The notes beneath the pieces were generated by a model, which worked only from the letters and a program-made list of their open reading frames with translations, was not told the DNA's origin and made no database searches. From Candidatus Parcubacteria bacterium (lineage in GTDB: Bacteria; Patescibacteriota; Patescibacteriia; CAIXNZ01), in NCBI GenBank assembly GCA_026395685.1, contig JAPLYG010000016.1, positions 1,035 through 65,034 on the forward strand: a DNA stretch of 64,000 bases. Direction: 5' to 3'. This document shows positions 48,520 to 58,593 of the stretch, piece after piece. The first letter of the stretch is position 1, and each line of letters starts with the position of its first letter. A program made the position numbers and the translations under genes.

Positions 48520-49821
48520 TTATAGCTGTTCATCTTCATACCATTTTATATTGCGGGAAATATACATCACAACTGCCAATATCATAAACAGAAAAACACT
48601 TCCCATCAAAAAGGCGTAATCTTCCGACTGCAAAATAACATACATAAAAATATAGAGCAAAGCCAGAATTCCGCCGATAACCAGGGCCATATTATTTTTT
48701 TTGAAAATTGCCCTGGAGTAAAGGGAAATAAGCAAGGTGGTAGCAAGGGAGGCTATTAAATAAGCTATATTGAAATTAATATTTTCAGCCAAGGACAATA
48801 ATAAGGCGTAAAAAATTACCAGGGCCAGCCCAACCAAAAGATACTGAAACGGATGAATCCTTTTCTTATAAATAACTTCCACAAAAAAATAGGCTAAAAA
48901 AGTAAGGAAGATGACTAAAATCGCATATTTAACCGAACGTTGGGTCTTTTGATAATGATCAGCCGGTATTAGTAAATCCACGCCAAATTCCGCATTATCA
49001 ATATCATAAGCTTTATCCTGCCAAATCTGAGGAAAATTACGGTTTAAATCAAGTACTTTCCAGTTAGCCGTAAAGCCTTGGGCAGTCACTTCCCGGCTAT
49101 CAGGCAAAAATTTACCCGCGAAACTTGGACTTGGCCAATCAGACTTTATGCTGACTTGAGTCTCTTTGCCCAAGGGAGAAAAATATAAATATTCACTGCC
49201 ATTTATTTTCACTTCCAGATTAAAATCAAAAGTTTGCTCAGCGCTCTCAGCCGTCAGAATAAGCGGGGCACTGACACCTGATTCAAAAAGATCCTTTGCC
49301 TTGGCGCCAGATTCAAAAGTTAGCTCTTTACTGCCGAAATTCATGACAATAGTTTCTTTGATACCTCTCATATCGGGTATGCCTAAAGAAATATAAGCGT
49401 CATGCCACTGGATATTTTCAGACGAGATCCCTAAGTCACTGTAACTAATCCCTTTAAACTGTCCGCTGATTTTCAAATTTGATTTATAGACTGCGGCTTC
49501 AAAAATACCCCGTTTAAGTATTTCCGGCTTAATTTCGCCATCTACTTTCAAAACATCAGGTAACACATAGATAAATCCTTTGATATTAGACATCTTAGTT
49601 TTGTCAAAAGTCAAATAAGGAATTGAAATTACCGGGCCGACAATAGTTTGCGCATTGCCCCATTTTTCGCTAACCTCGCTGATAGCTTCGCTCTGGCGCT
49701 GTTTTCTTTCATAAACCAGACCATAAAGCATTAAAGTGGGAATTAATAAAACTAAAATCAAACAGCCTATTACCACCAATTTAACGCTGATTGACTTTCG
49801 AAACCATTGGCTTGCAGACAT
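48520..49821 (-). CDS. CreD-like inner-membrane protein
   Basis: N-terminus aligns with E. coli CreD pattern (TM, 'YERKQRQSEAISEVSEKWGNAQTIVGPVISIPY'), C-terminal multi-TM. Confidence 0.6.
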   Translation of the reverse strand: MSASQWFRKSISVKLVVIGCLILVLLIPTLMLYGLVYERKQRQSEAISEVSEKWGNAQTIVGPVISIPYLTFDKTKMSNIKGFIYVLPDVLKVDGEIKPEILKRGIFEAAVYKSNLKISGQFKGISYSDLGISSENIQWHDAYISLGIPDMRGIKETIVMNFGSKELTFESGAKAKDLFESGVSAPLILTAESAEQTFDFNLEVKINGSEYLYFSPLGKETQVSIKSDWPSPSFAGKFLPDSREVTAQGFTANWKVLDLNRNFPQIWQDKAYDIDNAEFGVDLLIPADHYQKTQRSVKYAILVIFLTFLAYFFVEVIYKKRIHPFQYLLVGLALVIFYALLLSLAENINFNIAYLIASLATTLLISLYSRAIFKKNNMALVIGGILALLYIFMYVILQSEDYAFLMGSVFLFMILAVVMYISRNIKWYEDEQL

Positions 49822-49963
49822 ATTTTCACAATTAATAATTAGCTAAATTGAGATTCCCCCTACCAAGAGTAAGAAGACTTCTAATGTAGAATAATTCTAA
49901 AACAAAACTGAAATAAAATCAAGAACCGACCCCGCGATGCAAAGCCGGTCTTATTGATACCTA

Positions 49964-50210
49964 TTGACAATTTTCTCAAGCTATGCTAGTATACCACTAC
50001 GTCTGGGCAGGCTGATGGCAGACATTGGCTGGGCCGAGTAAGGTCGCCTTGGACCGAGTGGCAAAGCAACAAAGCAAGGCTGCGGTCAAGAAAACGTCGG
50101 AATATCTTGACCTAAGCGAAAAAAGGATCCGGCTTACTCCCTAGGCTTGCCCGGCCTTTGGAGGACCAACATGACAGGGCAACCCCGGGACTGCAAACCG
50201 GGGCTTTTTA
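49964..50210 (+). ncRNA. Candidate ~210-nt structured small RNA with its own TTGACA-17-TAGTAT promoter and CCCCGG...CCGGGG+U-run terminator; identity unknown
   Basis: GC ~55% in AT-rich genome, multiple internal stems (e.g. GGTCAAGA...TCTTGACC), no ORF, no plus-strand gene downstream. Confidence 0.35.
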
Positions 50211-50307
50211 TTTTCTACAAATTTAATGCGAATATACTAAAAACACCCCACAGAGCGGAGTGTTTTTTTGCAACCTCATAAAACTTAATATAACTTCATA
50301 CAACCGC

Positions 50308-51936
50308 TCAAGAGATCGCCGCCTTAATAAACTCTTTAAAAAGCGGATGCGGCTTCAACGGTCTTGACTTGAATTCAGGATGAAATTGTGTGGCCACAAA
50401 AAATTTATGATTCGGCACTTCAATGATTTCTACTAAATTATTATCAGGAGAAGTTCCGGCAATGCGCAAACCTTTTTCTTCCAGTAACTTCCTGTATTGA
50501 TTATTAAATTCATAACGATGGCGATGGCGTTCGGAAATTTCTTTTTGTCCATATGCTTTATAGCTGACAGAATCTTTATTTAAAACACAAGGATAAGCTC
50601 CCAAGCGCATAGTACCGCCCATTTTCTTGGTTTTAATTTTCTCAATTTGATCTTCCATAGTATGAACCACAGGGTAAGGCGTATTTTCATCAACTTCCGG
50701 AGTATTAGCATTTTCCAAACCAGCCACATGGCGGGCAAATTCAATTGTCGCCAATTGCATGCCATAGCATAAGCCTAAATATGGAATATTATTTTCCCGA
50801 CAATATTTAATAGCCTGAATTTTGCCTTCAATGCCTCTCATGCCAAAACCGCCCGGCACAATAATGCCGTCGTATTTTTTTAATTCAGCCAGTTTGGCAG
50901 GATCTTTTTCGTATTCCTCAGAATTTATCCAGCAAAGTACGGGCTGACGATTATTGGCCCAAGCCGCATGCTTAATTGCTTCAATTACTGAAATGTAAGA
51001 ATCTGACAAAGTAAAATTGCCTGTGGCAAAATATTTGCCGACAATGCCGATATTTACTTTTTCTTTGCTGGCCTTAATTACTTCCACCAATTTTTCCCAA
51101 TCTTTCAGATCTTTCCCCTTATCTTTTAAGCCAAACTTTTCCAGAATTCTATTGCCAAGCTCGTCTTTCTCAAAATTTAAAGGAATTTCATAAATAGTAT
51201 CGACATCCGGGGCTGAAATGGCGTTTCCTTTTGGTATATTACAAAAAGTAGCCAATTTTTCCTTGCGTACTTCATCCAAAGGAACCTCTGCCCGGCATAA
51301 AATAAAATCGGGAAAAATACCAGTGCTGTTTAAGGCACGTACGGCTGTTTGCGTTGGCTTAGTCTTCATTTCACCTATTTTTGAAGGTATGGGCAGATAG
51401 CTGACCAGAATGACAATAACATCATTGGGCGTTTCGGTTCTCATCATGCGGGCTGCTTCCAAAAACAAAATATTCTGATATTCGCCGACAGTACCGCCGA
51501 TTTCAATAATAGTAAAATCAGATTTTGCCAATTCAGAAGCTTTTTTAATACGGTTAATGACTTCCTGCGGCACATGTGGCACAACTTCCACGCATTTTCC
51601 GCCATATTCTAAATTCCTTTCCCGCTGAATCACGCTTAAATAAACACGACCGGTTGTCATATAATTTGTTGACAGAATATCCTGATCTAAAAATCTTTCA
51701 TAATTACCGATATCCTGGTCGGTTTCATCGCCGTCATCAGTTACAAAAACTTCGCCGTGTTCAGTCGGATTCATTGTTCCGGCATCAACATTGATATAGG
51801 GATCAATTTTAATAGCTGTAACTTTATAGCCTTTGCTTTGTAAAATTTTACCGATTGAAGCGCAGGAAACACCCTTGCCTACTCCGGACATCACGCCACC
51901 GGCAACAAAAATGTATTTGGGGGTCATATCTTCCAA
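50308..51936 (-). CDS. pyrG: CTP synthase
   Basis: 'YIFVAGGVMSGVGKG' synthetase domain, C-terminal class-I glutamine amidotransferase 'GLCYGMQ'. Confidence 0.9.
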   Translation of the reverse strand: MEDMTPKYIFVAGGVMSGVGKGVSCASIGKILQSKGYKVTAIKIDPYINVDAGTMNPTEHGEVFVTDDGDETDQDIGNYERFLDQDILSTNYMTTGRVYLSVIQRERNLEYGGKCVEVVPHVPQEVINRIKKASELAKSDFTIIEIGGTVGEYQNILFLEAARMMRTETPNDVIVILVSYLPIPSKIGEMKTKPTQTAVRALNSTGIFPDFILCRAEVPLDEVRKEKLATFCNIPKGNAISAPDVDTIYEIPLNFEKDELGNRILEKFGLKDKGKDLKDWEKLVEVIKASKEKVNIGIVGKYFATGNFTLSDSYISVIEAIKHAAWANNRQPVLCWINSEEYEKDPAKLAELKKYDGIIVPGGFGMRGIEGKIQAIKYCRENNIPYLGLCYGMQLATIEFARHVAGLENANTPEVDENTPYPVVHTMEDQIEKIKTKKMGGTMRLGAYPCVLNKDSVSYKAYGQKEISERHRHRYEFNNQYRKLLEEKGLRIAGTSPDNNLVEIIEVPNHKFFVATQFHPEFKSRPLKPHPLFKEFIKAAIS

Positions 51937-52024
51937 AATTAAAAATTAAAAATTTAAAATTAAAAATTGCCGAAAGTAATTTTTAAATTTAAGTTTTCAA
52001 TCAAGCAACAAAAAAGAGAGGCTA

Positions 52025-52471
52025 TTATTCCTCTCTGGCGACAGTAAGTCCAATCTTGGCAGTTACTCCTGTGCCAAAATCAACTAAGACATCATAATAT
52101 CCTAAACTTTTAATAGGTTGCTCTAATTTAATATATTTAGTGTCAATAACAAATTTGCGCTCTTTCAATTCCTCGGCAATTTTTACGGCGTTTATGGAGC
52201 CGAATAAAGTTTTCTTTTCGTCTGCTTTTGCCTTGATGGTAATTTTTATATTATTTATTTTTCTGGCAATTTCTTTATTTTTTTTAGCTCTATTTTCCAC
52301 TTTTTTGATCTGCTGTCTCTTTTTAGTTTCCATTTCGTTTATTGTCGCATCCGAAGCGATTTTAACCAAACCATTAGGCAATAAATAATTGCGGGCAAAG
52401 CCTTCACTCACCTCTTTTACTTCCCCGGTTTTACCCAAATTTGGGACAGTTTTTATTAAAATCACTTTCAT
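52025..52471 (-). CDS. rplI: Ribosomal protein L9
   Basis: 'MKVILIKTVPNLGKTGEVKEVSEGFARNYLLPNGLV'. Confidence 0.85.
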   Translation of the reverse strand: MKVILIKTVPNLGKTGEVKEVSEGFARNYLLPNGLVKIASDATINEMETKKRQQIKKVENRAKKNKEIARKINNIKITIKAKADEKKTLFGSINAVKIAEELKERKFVIDTKYIKLEQPIKSLGYYDVLVDFGTGVTAKIGLTVAREE

Positions 52472-52576
52472 ATTATTATAAATAAAACATGTTTTGAACT
52501 GTGAGCCTTGAGCATAAAGCTCTAAGCCCCAAGCCCGAAGCTCTAAGCTTACGAAATTATTCTACACTAAAAAATA

Positions 52577-52975
52577 TTAATTGCCAAATAATCCTGCCCA
52601 AAAGCCCTTGCTCTCCGAAGCTTTAGCAGAGGAGGGTTTTTCAGATTCAGAATCGTTTTCATCATCTGACGCTTTATCTGCAGCTAGAACTATATTATAG
52701 ATTCGCTGCGCTTCTTGCTTTACCAAATCTGAATCATAATCTCCGCTATGAGCGGTATAACCTTCGTATGAAACTTTTTTCTGGTCCAAATGCAAACTCA
52801 AAATTAACGGATCTTCGGAATTAATATACATATGAAAACGCGGATAAAAATCAGAACGCAATCTTTTTACGTAACTGGTTTCTCTGGTGCGCGAATCTCT
52901 AATCTGGCCATAACCGCAGCGTCTGACCAAAAAATCAGCATTTTTATTAAATTTTTGGTTAAATGGAATTTTCAT
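52577..52975 (-). CDS. Hypothetical protein with acidic Ser/Asp-rich tail
   Basis: ORF only. Confidence 0.35.
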   Translation of the reverse strand: MKIPFNQKFNKNADFLVRRCGYGQIRDSRTRETSYVKRLRSDFYPRFHMYINSEDPLILSLHLDQKKVSYEGYTAHSGDYDSDLVKQEAQRIYNIVLAADKASDDENDSESEKPSSAKASESKGFWAGLFGN

Positions 52976-52982
52976 TATAATT

Positions 52983-53336
52983 TTATTTAACTTTTTGAAA
53001 TTTTACGATAATTATCGGATCATATTTATTTCCCAATTCATCCAAAATTTCCACTTTTTCACCCTTTATTAGCCTATTAAAAGCCAAATCACTGATCATT
53101 TCATTGTCTGCATCTATATCCAGCTTCAAATCTTCCAATTTCTCAAAATCTTTAATCATCGCTGATTTAACGGTTGATTCAATCTCTTTTTTATGAATTT
53201 TCAATTTTTCAATTTCATCTTTAACTTCCTGATACTCGCTGCTGTGTGATAATTCGCTTTTATAAGCGTCGCGAATCACTTTCTGGTCTGCTTTAAACTT
53301 TTTAACACGATCAAAAATTTCTTGGATGTCCTGCAT
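52983..53336 (-). CDS. Hypothetical coiled-coil protein
   Basis: ORF only. Confidence 0.35.
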   Translation of the reverse strand: MQDIQEIFDRVKKFKADQKVIRDAYKSELSHSSEYQEVKDEIEKLKIHKKEIESTVKSAMIKDFEKLEDLKLDIDADNEMISDLAFNRLIKGEKVEILDELGNKYDPIIIVKFQKVK

Positions 53337-53754
53337 AGGATTTTTAAAAATTATTAATCAAAAATACCATTTTATTATAACCTATTTTACTAACCGCATC
53401 AATTGTTGATAAGTCTTTTATTTTGCTGTAAACTATTAAAAAACAAATGCCTTTTAAAAATCCATTATTTTAATCCAATTATACTTAAACTCTGAGTAAA
53501 GAGCAACCTCACAAATATAATATACAATAAATGCTTTTATCTTGACAAAATAACTATTTTATGTCGTAAGTCAATATTCGCAAAAAATGACTTGACAATT
53601 ATTTACGAAGTTGCTAAGGTATCATATGGTTTAAATACAGAGGCCAAAGAGGCCGCGTACCTTTTTAATATATATAAGGCAAGGGGAGGCAAACAAAGAT
53701 TCAAAACAGCTCTGCATTGCGGAGCCAAACCGTCTGAAAAAGGAGACCTGACAG

Positions 53755-54924
53755 ATGAAGAAAATCACCGCATTCACGGCCATGGCGGTCATGATTCTCA
53801 TGACCATGCTCTCGGGCTGCACCAAGCCCGCCCCCGGCAACGGCAACAACCCCATCGGCGCCCAGCCCAACGACCCCCGCGCGTCCGAAATGACCGTCTC
53901 GTGGACCTACGACACCCCCGGCTCGCTCAAGTGGGAATCCGGAGACCTGACCCCCATCAAGGACAGCGACGACGGCCTCTGGAAAATGCTCTACGACCCG
54001 GCCGGCGTCAGCCCGACCGCCATTACCCCCGGCTTTCCGCCGGGCTACGTGGCCATCGGTGGTGACGCGATCAACCCGACCTGCAATAACCCGTACAACC
54101 CCGCGTGTCGGACGGACATCTCGTCCAACTGCACCAACGGCGTCTGCACGGCGTCCGTGAATCTGCCCATCGGCTCCTGGAACGGCATCTGGTTCTGGTA
54201 TGATGGTCAGGTACGCGTCGACCACATCACGCTTTCCGCCGGGACCCAGTCCTGGCCGCTCGTCAACTACTCCGTGATCGCCGGCGATACCGCTCCGACT
54301 ACCAATCCGCTGCACCAGTCCTGGGTCGCAGCCTGTGTCCGCATCGACAGACCCACGCCCACGACCATCGACGTCAACCGCGACGTCGCCAATAACGCCA
54401 GGTGCCAGGAAGTGATCTACAACATCGAAATCTGGGCCAACGGCGACTCCAGCGTGAACGTCCTCGACGACAAGTTCGTTCCCTGGAACGGTCTGCAGGC
54501 TCACGAAGGAGACATGAAGATCAAGTCAACGCTTCTGCCTCCGACCGTACAGTCCGGCAGTACCCTATTCCCGAGAATCGTGTGGAACACCAACGCGTAC
54601 ATCCACCGCATCTCGAGCGTGGCCGCTTCGAGTTCCTGGTGGCTCGCCTTCTACAGCCATGACCGGGGCGACACCGCGCCGCCCAATCTGCTGTCCCCGA
54701 TCCACGGCGGCGTGTCCATTCGCACCTACCGCTACGGCGCCGGCTGGGCCATCCCGACCACGCCCAACTGCACCACCGAGCTCCAGAACATGATCAACCT
54801 GAATACGATCAACCCGCTGCTCGAGCCATTCTACGTCCTGCAAGTGACGGGTATCAACACCACGTCCAACTGCGTCACCCAGGGCGTGGACACCCGAAGC
54901 CAGATCTTCGGATTCGCAAATTAG
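53755..54924 (+). CDS. High-GC lipoprotein of unknown function (lipobox LSGC), Cys/Trp/Pro/Thr-rich, compositionally foreign
   Basis: RBS AAAGGAG 9 nt upstream; 'MKKITAFTAMAVMILMTMLSGC' signal; GC ~65% with third positions almost all G/C versus ~33% GC flanks; two hairpins after stop. Confidence 0.6.
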   Translation: MKKITAFTAMAVMILMTMLSGCTKPAPGNGNNPIGAQPNDPRASEMTVSWTYDTPGSLKWESGDLTPIKDSDDGLWKMLYDPAGVSPTAITPGFPPGYVAIGGDAINPTCNNPYNPACRTDISSNCTNGVCTASVNLPIGSWNGIWFWYDGQVRVDHITLSAGTQSWPLVNYSVIAGDTAPTTNPLHQSWVAACVRIDRPTPTTIDVNRDVANNARCQEVIYNIEIWANGDSSVNVLDDKFVPWNGLQAHEGDMKIKSTLLPPTVQSGSTLFPRIVWNTNAYIHRISSVAASSSWWLAFYSHDRGDTAPPNLLSPIHGGVSIRTYRYGAGWAIPTTPNCTTELQNMINLNTINPLLEPFYVLQVTGINTTSNCVTQGVDTRSQIFGFAN

Positions 54925-55006
54925 GGGTTGCCTCCCCCTACTTGACCAAAAGCCCCAGGTACTTCGGTACTTGGGGCTTTAAAATTGATTTTTTAGGCTA
55001 ATATCT

Positions 55007-56275
55007 TTATTTTTTCAATAAAATTTCCAGAGCTTTATCCATTTGAGGATCTTTATCTTTATTAAAATCATCCGGTGTCAATTTTACTTCAATATCCGGT
55101 AAAATACCTTCACCATCTATTAAATTCTCGTGTGGAGTAAGCCATAAGGCAATTGTCAATTTAATTGAAGATCCATCGTCTAAGGGAAATATTGTTTGCA
55201 CAGAACCTTTGCCAAAACTTTTTTCGCCGATTAAAGTAGCCAGCTTATAATCCTTTAATGCGCCGGCAACGATTTCCGAGCCAGAGGCACTGCCTCCGTT
55301 AATCAAAACTACGGTGGGAAAATCTTTTAATCTGGCCTGACCAGTGCTTTTATTTTCCTTCAAACTGCCGTCGCTGGCTTTTTCATAAACCACGACTCCA
55401 TTTTCCACCCATTCACTCGTGACATTTATTGCAGTGTCCAAAAATCCGCCCGGGTTATTTCTTAAATCCAAAATAATGCCCTGGGGATTTTTTTGCACGA
55501 TTTCCATTACTGCTTTTTTAAATGCCGCATCAGTATCCTCATTAAAATAGCGTAATTCTAAATATGCGATATTATTATCCAGCATTTTCCATTTTACGCT
55601 TTCTATTTTAATCTTGGAACGGATTATTTTATATTCCTTGGGGTCGTTTATGCCGTTGCGCCCAATCAATAAATTTACTTCTGTGCCCTTAGGCCCTCTG
55701 ATTTTGCTGACTGCAAAATCTAAACTCATACCAGAAGTATCTGCGCCGTCAATAGCTAAAATTGTATCTCCGCTCAACAACCCGGCTTTTTCCGCAGGTG
55801 AATCGGGCAAGGGCGCGACAATGGTGATCTTATCATTTTTAACTGCTATTTCTGCGCCTATTCCTTCAAAATTACCTTTTAATTCTTCGGTAAATTCTTT
55901 GCTGGTATCCGGGTCAAAAAAAACTGAATGCGGATCGCCTAAAGCGGCAACACTGCCGGCCATAGCCCCATAAAAAAGCTCTGTTTCATTGACCGGCTGC
56001 TTAACATAATTATTTTCGATAATTTCCCAGGCATCCCAAAACAAATTAAAATTGACCTTATTGCTTAAAAAATCAGGCTTTGCTTTCTTATTAAAAACAA
56101 CTCCCATTTTTTCACCATCGACCGAATCACTCACTACTTTGTATGTCTGCCGTCCGGCAATTAGGCCTAAAATAAATGATAAAAAAATAAGCAATAAAAC
56201 AGCATAGAACTTAACAAATCGCCGAAAAAATTTTTTTTCAGATTTTGGCACATCTAAAAGACTTGGCCGTTCCAT
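55007..56275 (-). CDS. ctpA: C-terminal processing (S41, tail-specific) protease with PDZ domain
   Basis: PDZ 'AEKAGLLSGDTILAIDG'; S41 'LINGGSASGSEIVAGAL', 'GEKSFGKGSVQ'. Confidence 0.8.
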   Translation of the reverse strand: MERPSLLDVPKSEKKFFRRFVKFYAVLLLIFLSFILGLIAGRQTYKVVSDSVDGEKMGVVFNKKAKPDFLSNKVNFNLFWDAWEIIENNYVKQPVNETELFYGAMAGSVAALGDPHSVFFDPDTSKEFTEELKGNFEGIGAEIAVKNDKITIVAPLPDSPAEKAGLLSGDTILAIDGADTSGMSLDFAVSKIRGPKGTEVNLLIGRNGINDPKEYKIIRSKIKIESVKWKMLDNNIAYLELRYFNEDTDAAFKKAVMEIVQKNPQGIILDLRNNPGGFLDTAINVTSEWVENGVVVYEKASDGSLKENKSTGQARLKDFPTVVLINGGSASGSEIVAGALKDYKLATLIGEKSFGKGSVQTIFPLDDGSSIKLTIALWLTPHENLIDGEGILPDIEVKLTPDDFNKDKDPQMDKALEILLKK

Positions 56276-56437
56276 AAATTTTTATTATGAATAAAATATC
56301 CAATCCTAAAATGGACTTATTATATTAATATTAACAAAATTCTACGGAATTAGCAATCTTGATTTAATTGCACTCTTACGCTATAATCAAAACAATTATA
56401 TTATTAACATTTCTACCGTAACATTAACTAAATTTAT

Positions 56438-57817
56438 ATGAATTTAAAAACCAGGCGTATAATCATGTACAGTTTTATACTGGCATTTTTAATTTTAGCG
56501 CCGATAGTGATATTCTATTCTTCTGGCTACCGTTTTGATTTAAAAAGGCATCAAGTGCTCAAGACGGGCACTCTTTTTCTGGAAGCCAAAGAAATAAACA
56601 AGGCAAATTTATATGTAAATAACAAATTAATTGAAGATCCTTTTAGCAATAAAAAATATATTTATAACCTTTTACCCGGTGAATATTTGGTTAAATTATC
56701 GAAATCAGGCTATCACGACTGGCAAAAAAAAGCCATAATTTACAGCGGGCTGACCACTTTTATTAAAGATGCGATATTATTCAAAAAAGACGTTCCCCTG
56801 CAGATAGCGGATGGGAATATTTCCGAATTATATCTTTCACCTGATTCTTCTAAAATTGCCTACCTGGAAAAAAATGATACTTTTTCTGAAATATACCTTT
56901 TAGATCTATCCAGTAACAACACTGATTTAATTTATCGATTTACCAGTAAAGATCAAACAACAAGCTTAAGCTGGGCGGCAAGCAGCAAAAAAATAATGCT
57001 TAGTTATGACAGTACCCATATAATTATTGACACTAATAATCCGAAAAATATTTTTAGCCTTAACGCAGTTACCAATTTCAAAGCCCAAAATATTATCTGG
57101 GATATAAACAGCGACAATATTCTGTTCACGGAGTATCAAGACAGCATTTATCGCATAGATCTATACAATAAAAAATCAGAAAAGATATTTTCTTCGCCCG
57201 ATACCCAAATTAACCCGACGTTTTTTATTGAAGGCAATGATATTTTTTATATCTCAGAACAAATCGGCCAAAACAGCTTAAATAAATACAATCTCCAGTT
57301 TAAAACCGAGAAACAAATCATAGAATTAAGTAAAAACAGCAACTATAAGTTTATCAAGAGCACCAATAACTATTTAGGGCTGATTGATCTGGATCAACAG
57401 AATTTATTGCTTATTAAAAAGATAGATGCCGACTATGTTACTAGCCTCCAGAACCAAACTAAAAACTTTAATGCTAAGGAAGCTTTCTGGGATGATAAAC
57501 AGAATCAACTGCTCATTTATGATGATTTTGAAATTAAAATTTATAATACGGATGCTAATAAAGAACTTTTTATAAACCGCTATGGCAACCCCATTAAAAA
57601 AATAAGCTGGTATCCCGATCTGAGCCATCTATTAATTTTATTTGATAATAATATTGAAATAATAGATATTACCCAGGAAGTCGGGACAAGAAACTATATA
57701 GAAATTGCCAAATTTGACCAAATCTCAAATTTTGCCGTAACGCCCGACGGAAAAGCTGTATACTTTTCCGGCCAAATCGGCAAACAACAAGGTTTGTATC
57801 GTCTCAATCTGCAGTAA
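56438..57817 (+). CDS. Membrane-anchored PEGA-domain protein with repeat-rich C-terminal region
   Basis: N-terminal TM; 'NLLPGEYLVKLSKSGYHDWQKKA' PEGA-like segment. Confidence 0.5.
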   Translation: MNLKTRRIIMYSFILAFLILAPIVIFYSSGYRFDLKRHQVLKTGTLFLEAKEINKANLYVNNKLIEDPFSNKKYIYNLLPGEYLVKLSKSGYHDWQKKAIIYSGLTTFIKDAILFKKDVPLQIADGNISELYLSPDSSKIAYLEKNDTFSEIYLLDLSSNNTDLIYRFTSKDQTTSLSWAASSKKIMLSYDSTHIIIDTNNPKNIFSLNAVTNFKAQNIIWDINSDNILFTEYQDSIYRIDLYNKKSEKIFSSPDTQINPTFFIEGNDIFYISEQIGQNSLNKYNLQFKTEKQIIELSKNSNYKFIKSTNNYLGLIDLDQQNLLLIKKIDADYVTSLQNQTKNFNAKEAFWDDKQNQLLIYDDFEIKIYNTDANKELFINRYGNPIKKISWYPDLSHLLILFDNNIEIIDITQEVGTRNYIEIAKFDQISNFAVTPDGKAVYFSGQIGKQQGLYRLNLQ

Positions 57818-57876
57818 ACTCATTATTATAAAAAATAAAAAAGACTCCTTGCCGCGGGGTCTTTTTGTTATTTATA

Positions 57877-58593
57877 TTATTTTAATTTTGACTCAGCCCA
57901 AATACTGGCGCGCAATAATTCCGTATAATTATCAACATCAAACCAATCCCCTTCCAGCAATCCATAGCTAAGCTGATTATTCCGCAGATAATAGTTATTA
58001 ACATCAATCAATTCCAATTCACCTCTTAATGAAGGTTGTAGGCTGGGAATTACCTGCCAGACTTGCTTGTCATAAAAACTTAATCCCGTAACGGCCAAAT
58101 CGCTTTTTGCTGAAAACGGCCGATCTTCAAACCCGGTAATTTTCTGGTTCTCAATTTTGGCAACAGTGAATAATTCAGGCCGGCTTACGCTCTTTAATAA
58201 TATTTTGGCGCCACTGCCGTTGTTTTCATAATCGGAAACATCATTAGAGATATCAGATGCAAAAATATTATCTCCAAGTATCATGGCAATTTTTTGCTCC
58301 TGCGCAAAAGCCTGCCCCAAGCCCAAAGCCTGAGCAATGCCCCCGGCTTCTTTCTGGACACCAAATTCGAAATTTATCTCGGGGAAATAATGGGGATTTA
58401 ATAATTTTTTAAATTGCTCAATGCTTTCTTTGCCCGTAACCACCATGATCTCGCGGATGCCTGCCTTGGTTAAAGTTTCAATCGGATAATAAACCATCGG
58501 CTTATTAAAAACCGGCAGAAGATGCTTATTTATTACCGCGGTGCAAGGATACATGCGCGATCCCATGCCGCCGGCTAAAATTATTCCCTTCAT
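57877..58593 (-). CDS. RmlA-like glucose-1-phosphate nucleotidyltransferase (short form), paralog 1
   Basis: 'MKGIILAGGMGSRMYPCT'. Confidence 0.65.
   Translation of the reverse strand: MKGIILAGGMGSRMYPCTAVINKHLLPVFNKPMVYYPIETLTKAGIREIMVVTGKESIEQFKKLLNPHYFPEINFEFGVQKEAGGIAQALGLGQAFAQEQKIAMILGDNIFASDISNDVSDYENNGSGAKILLKSVSRPELFTVAKIENQKITGFEDRPFSAKSDLAVTGLSFYDKQVWQVIPSLQPSLRGELELIDVNNYYLRNNQLSYGLLEGDWFDVDNYTELLRASIWAESKLK

Noticed and set aside
49964-50210. Assignment of the candidate sRNA to RNase P, SRP, 6S or tmRNA
   Set aside because: It is too short for RNase P and none of the conserved core motifs could be found by eye. Left as unknown ncRNA.
53593-53625. Confident -35/-10 assignment for the GC-rich lipoprotein gene
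   Set aside because: Two TTGACA boxes (53541, 53593) exist but neither has a convincing -10 at 16-18 bp. Reported only as promoter-like context.
53592-54924. Additional long ORFs overlapping the GC-rich gene on both strands (53592-54065 +, 53631-53870 -, 53701-54504 -, 54402-54662 +, 54565-54843 -)
   Set aside because: High-GC DNA is stop-codon-poor in all frames. Only the 53755-54924 frame has an RBS, a start in good context and a coherent signal-peptide/lipobox protein.
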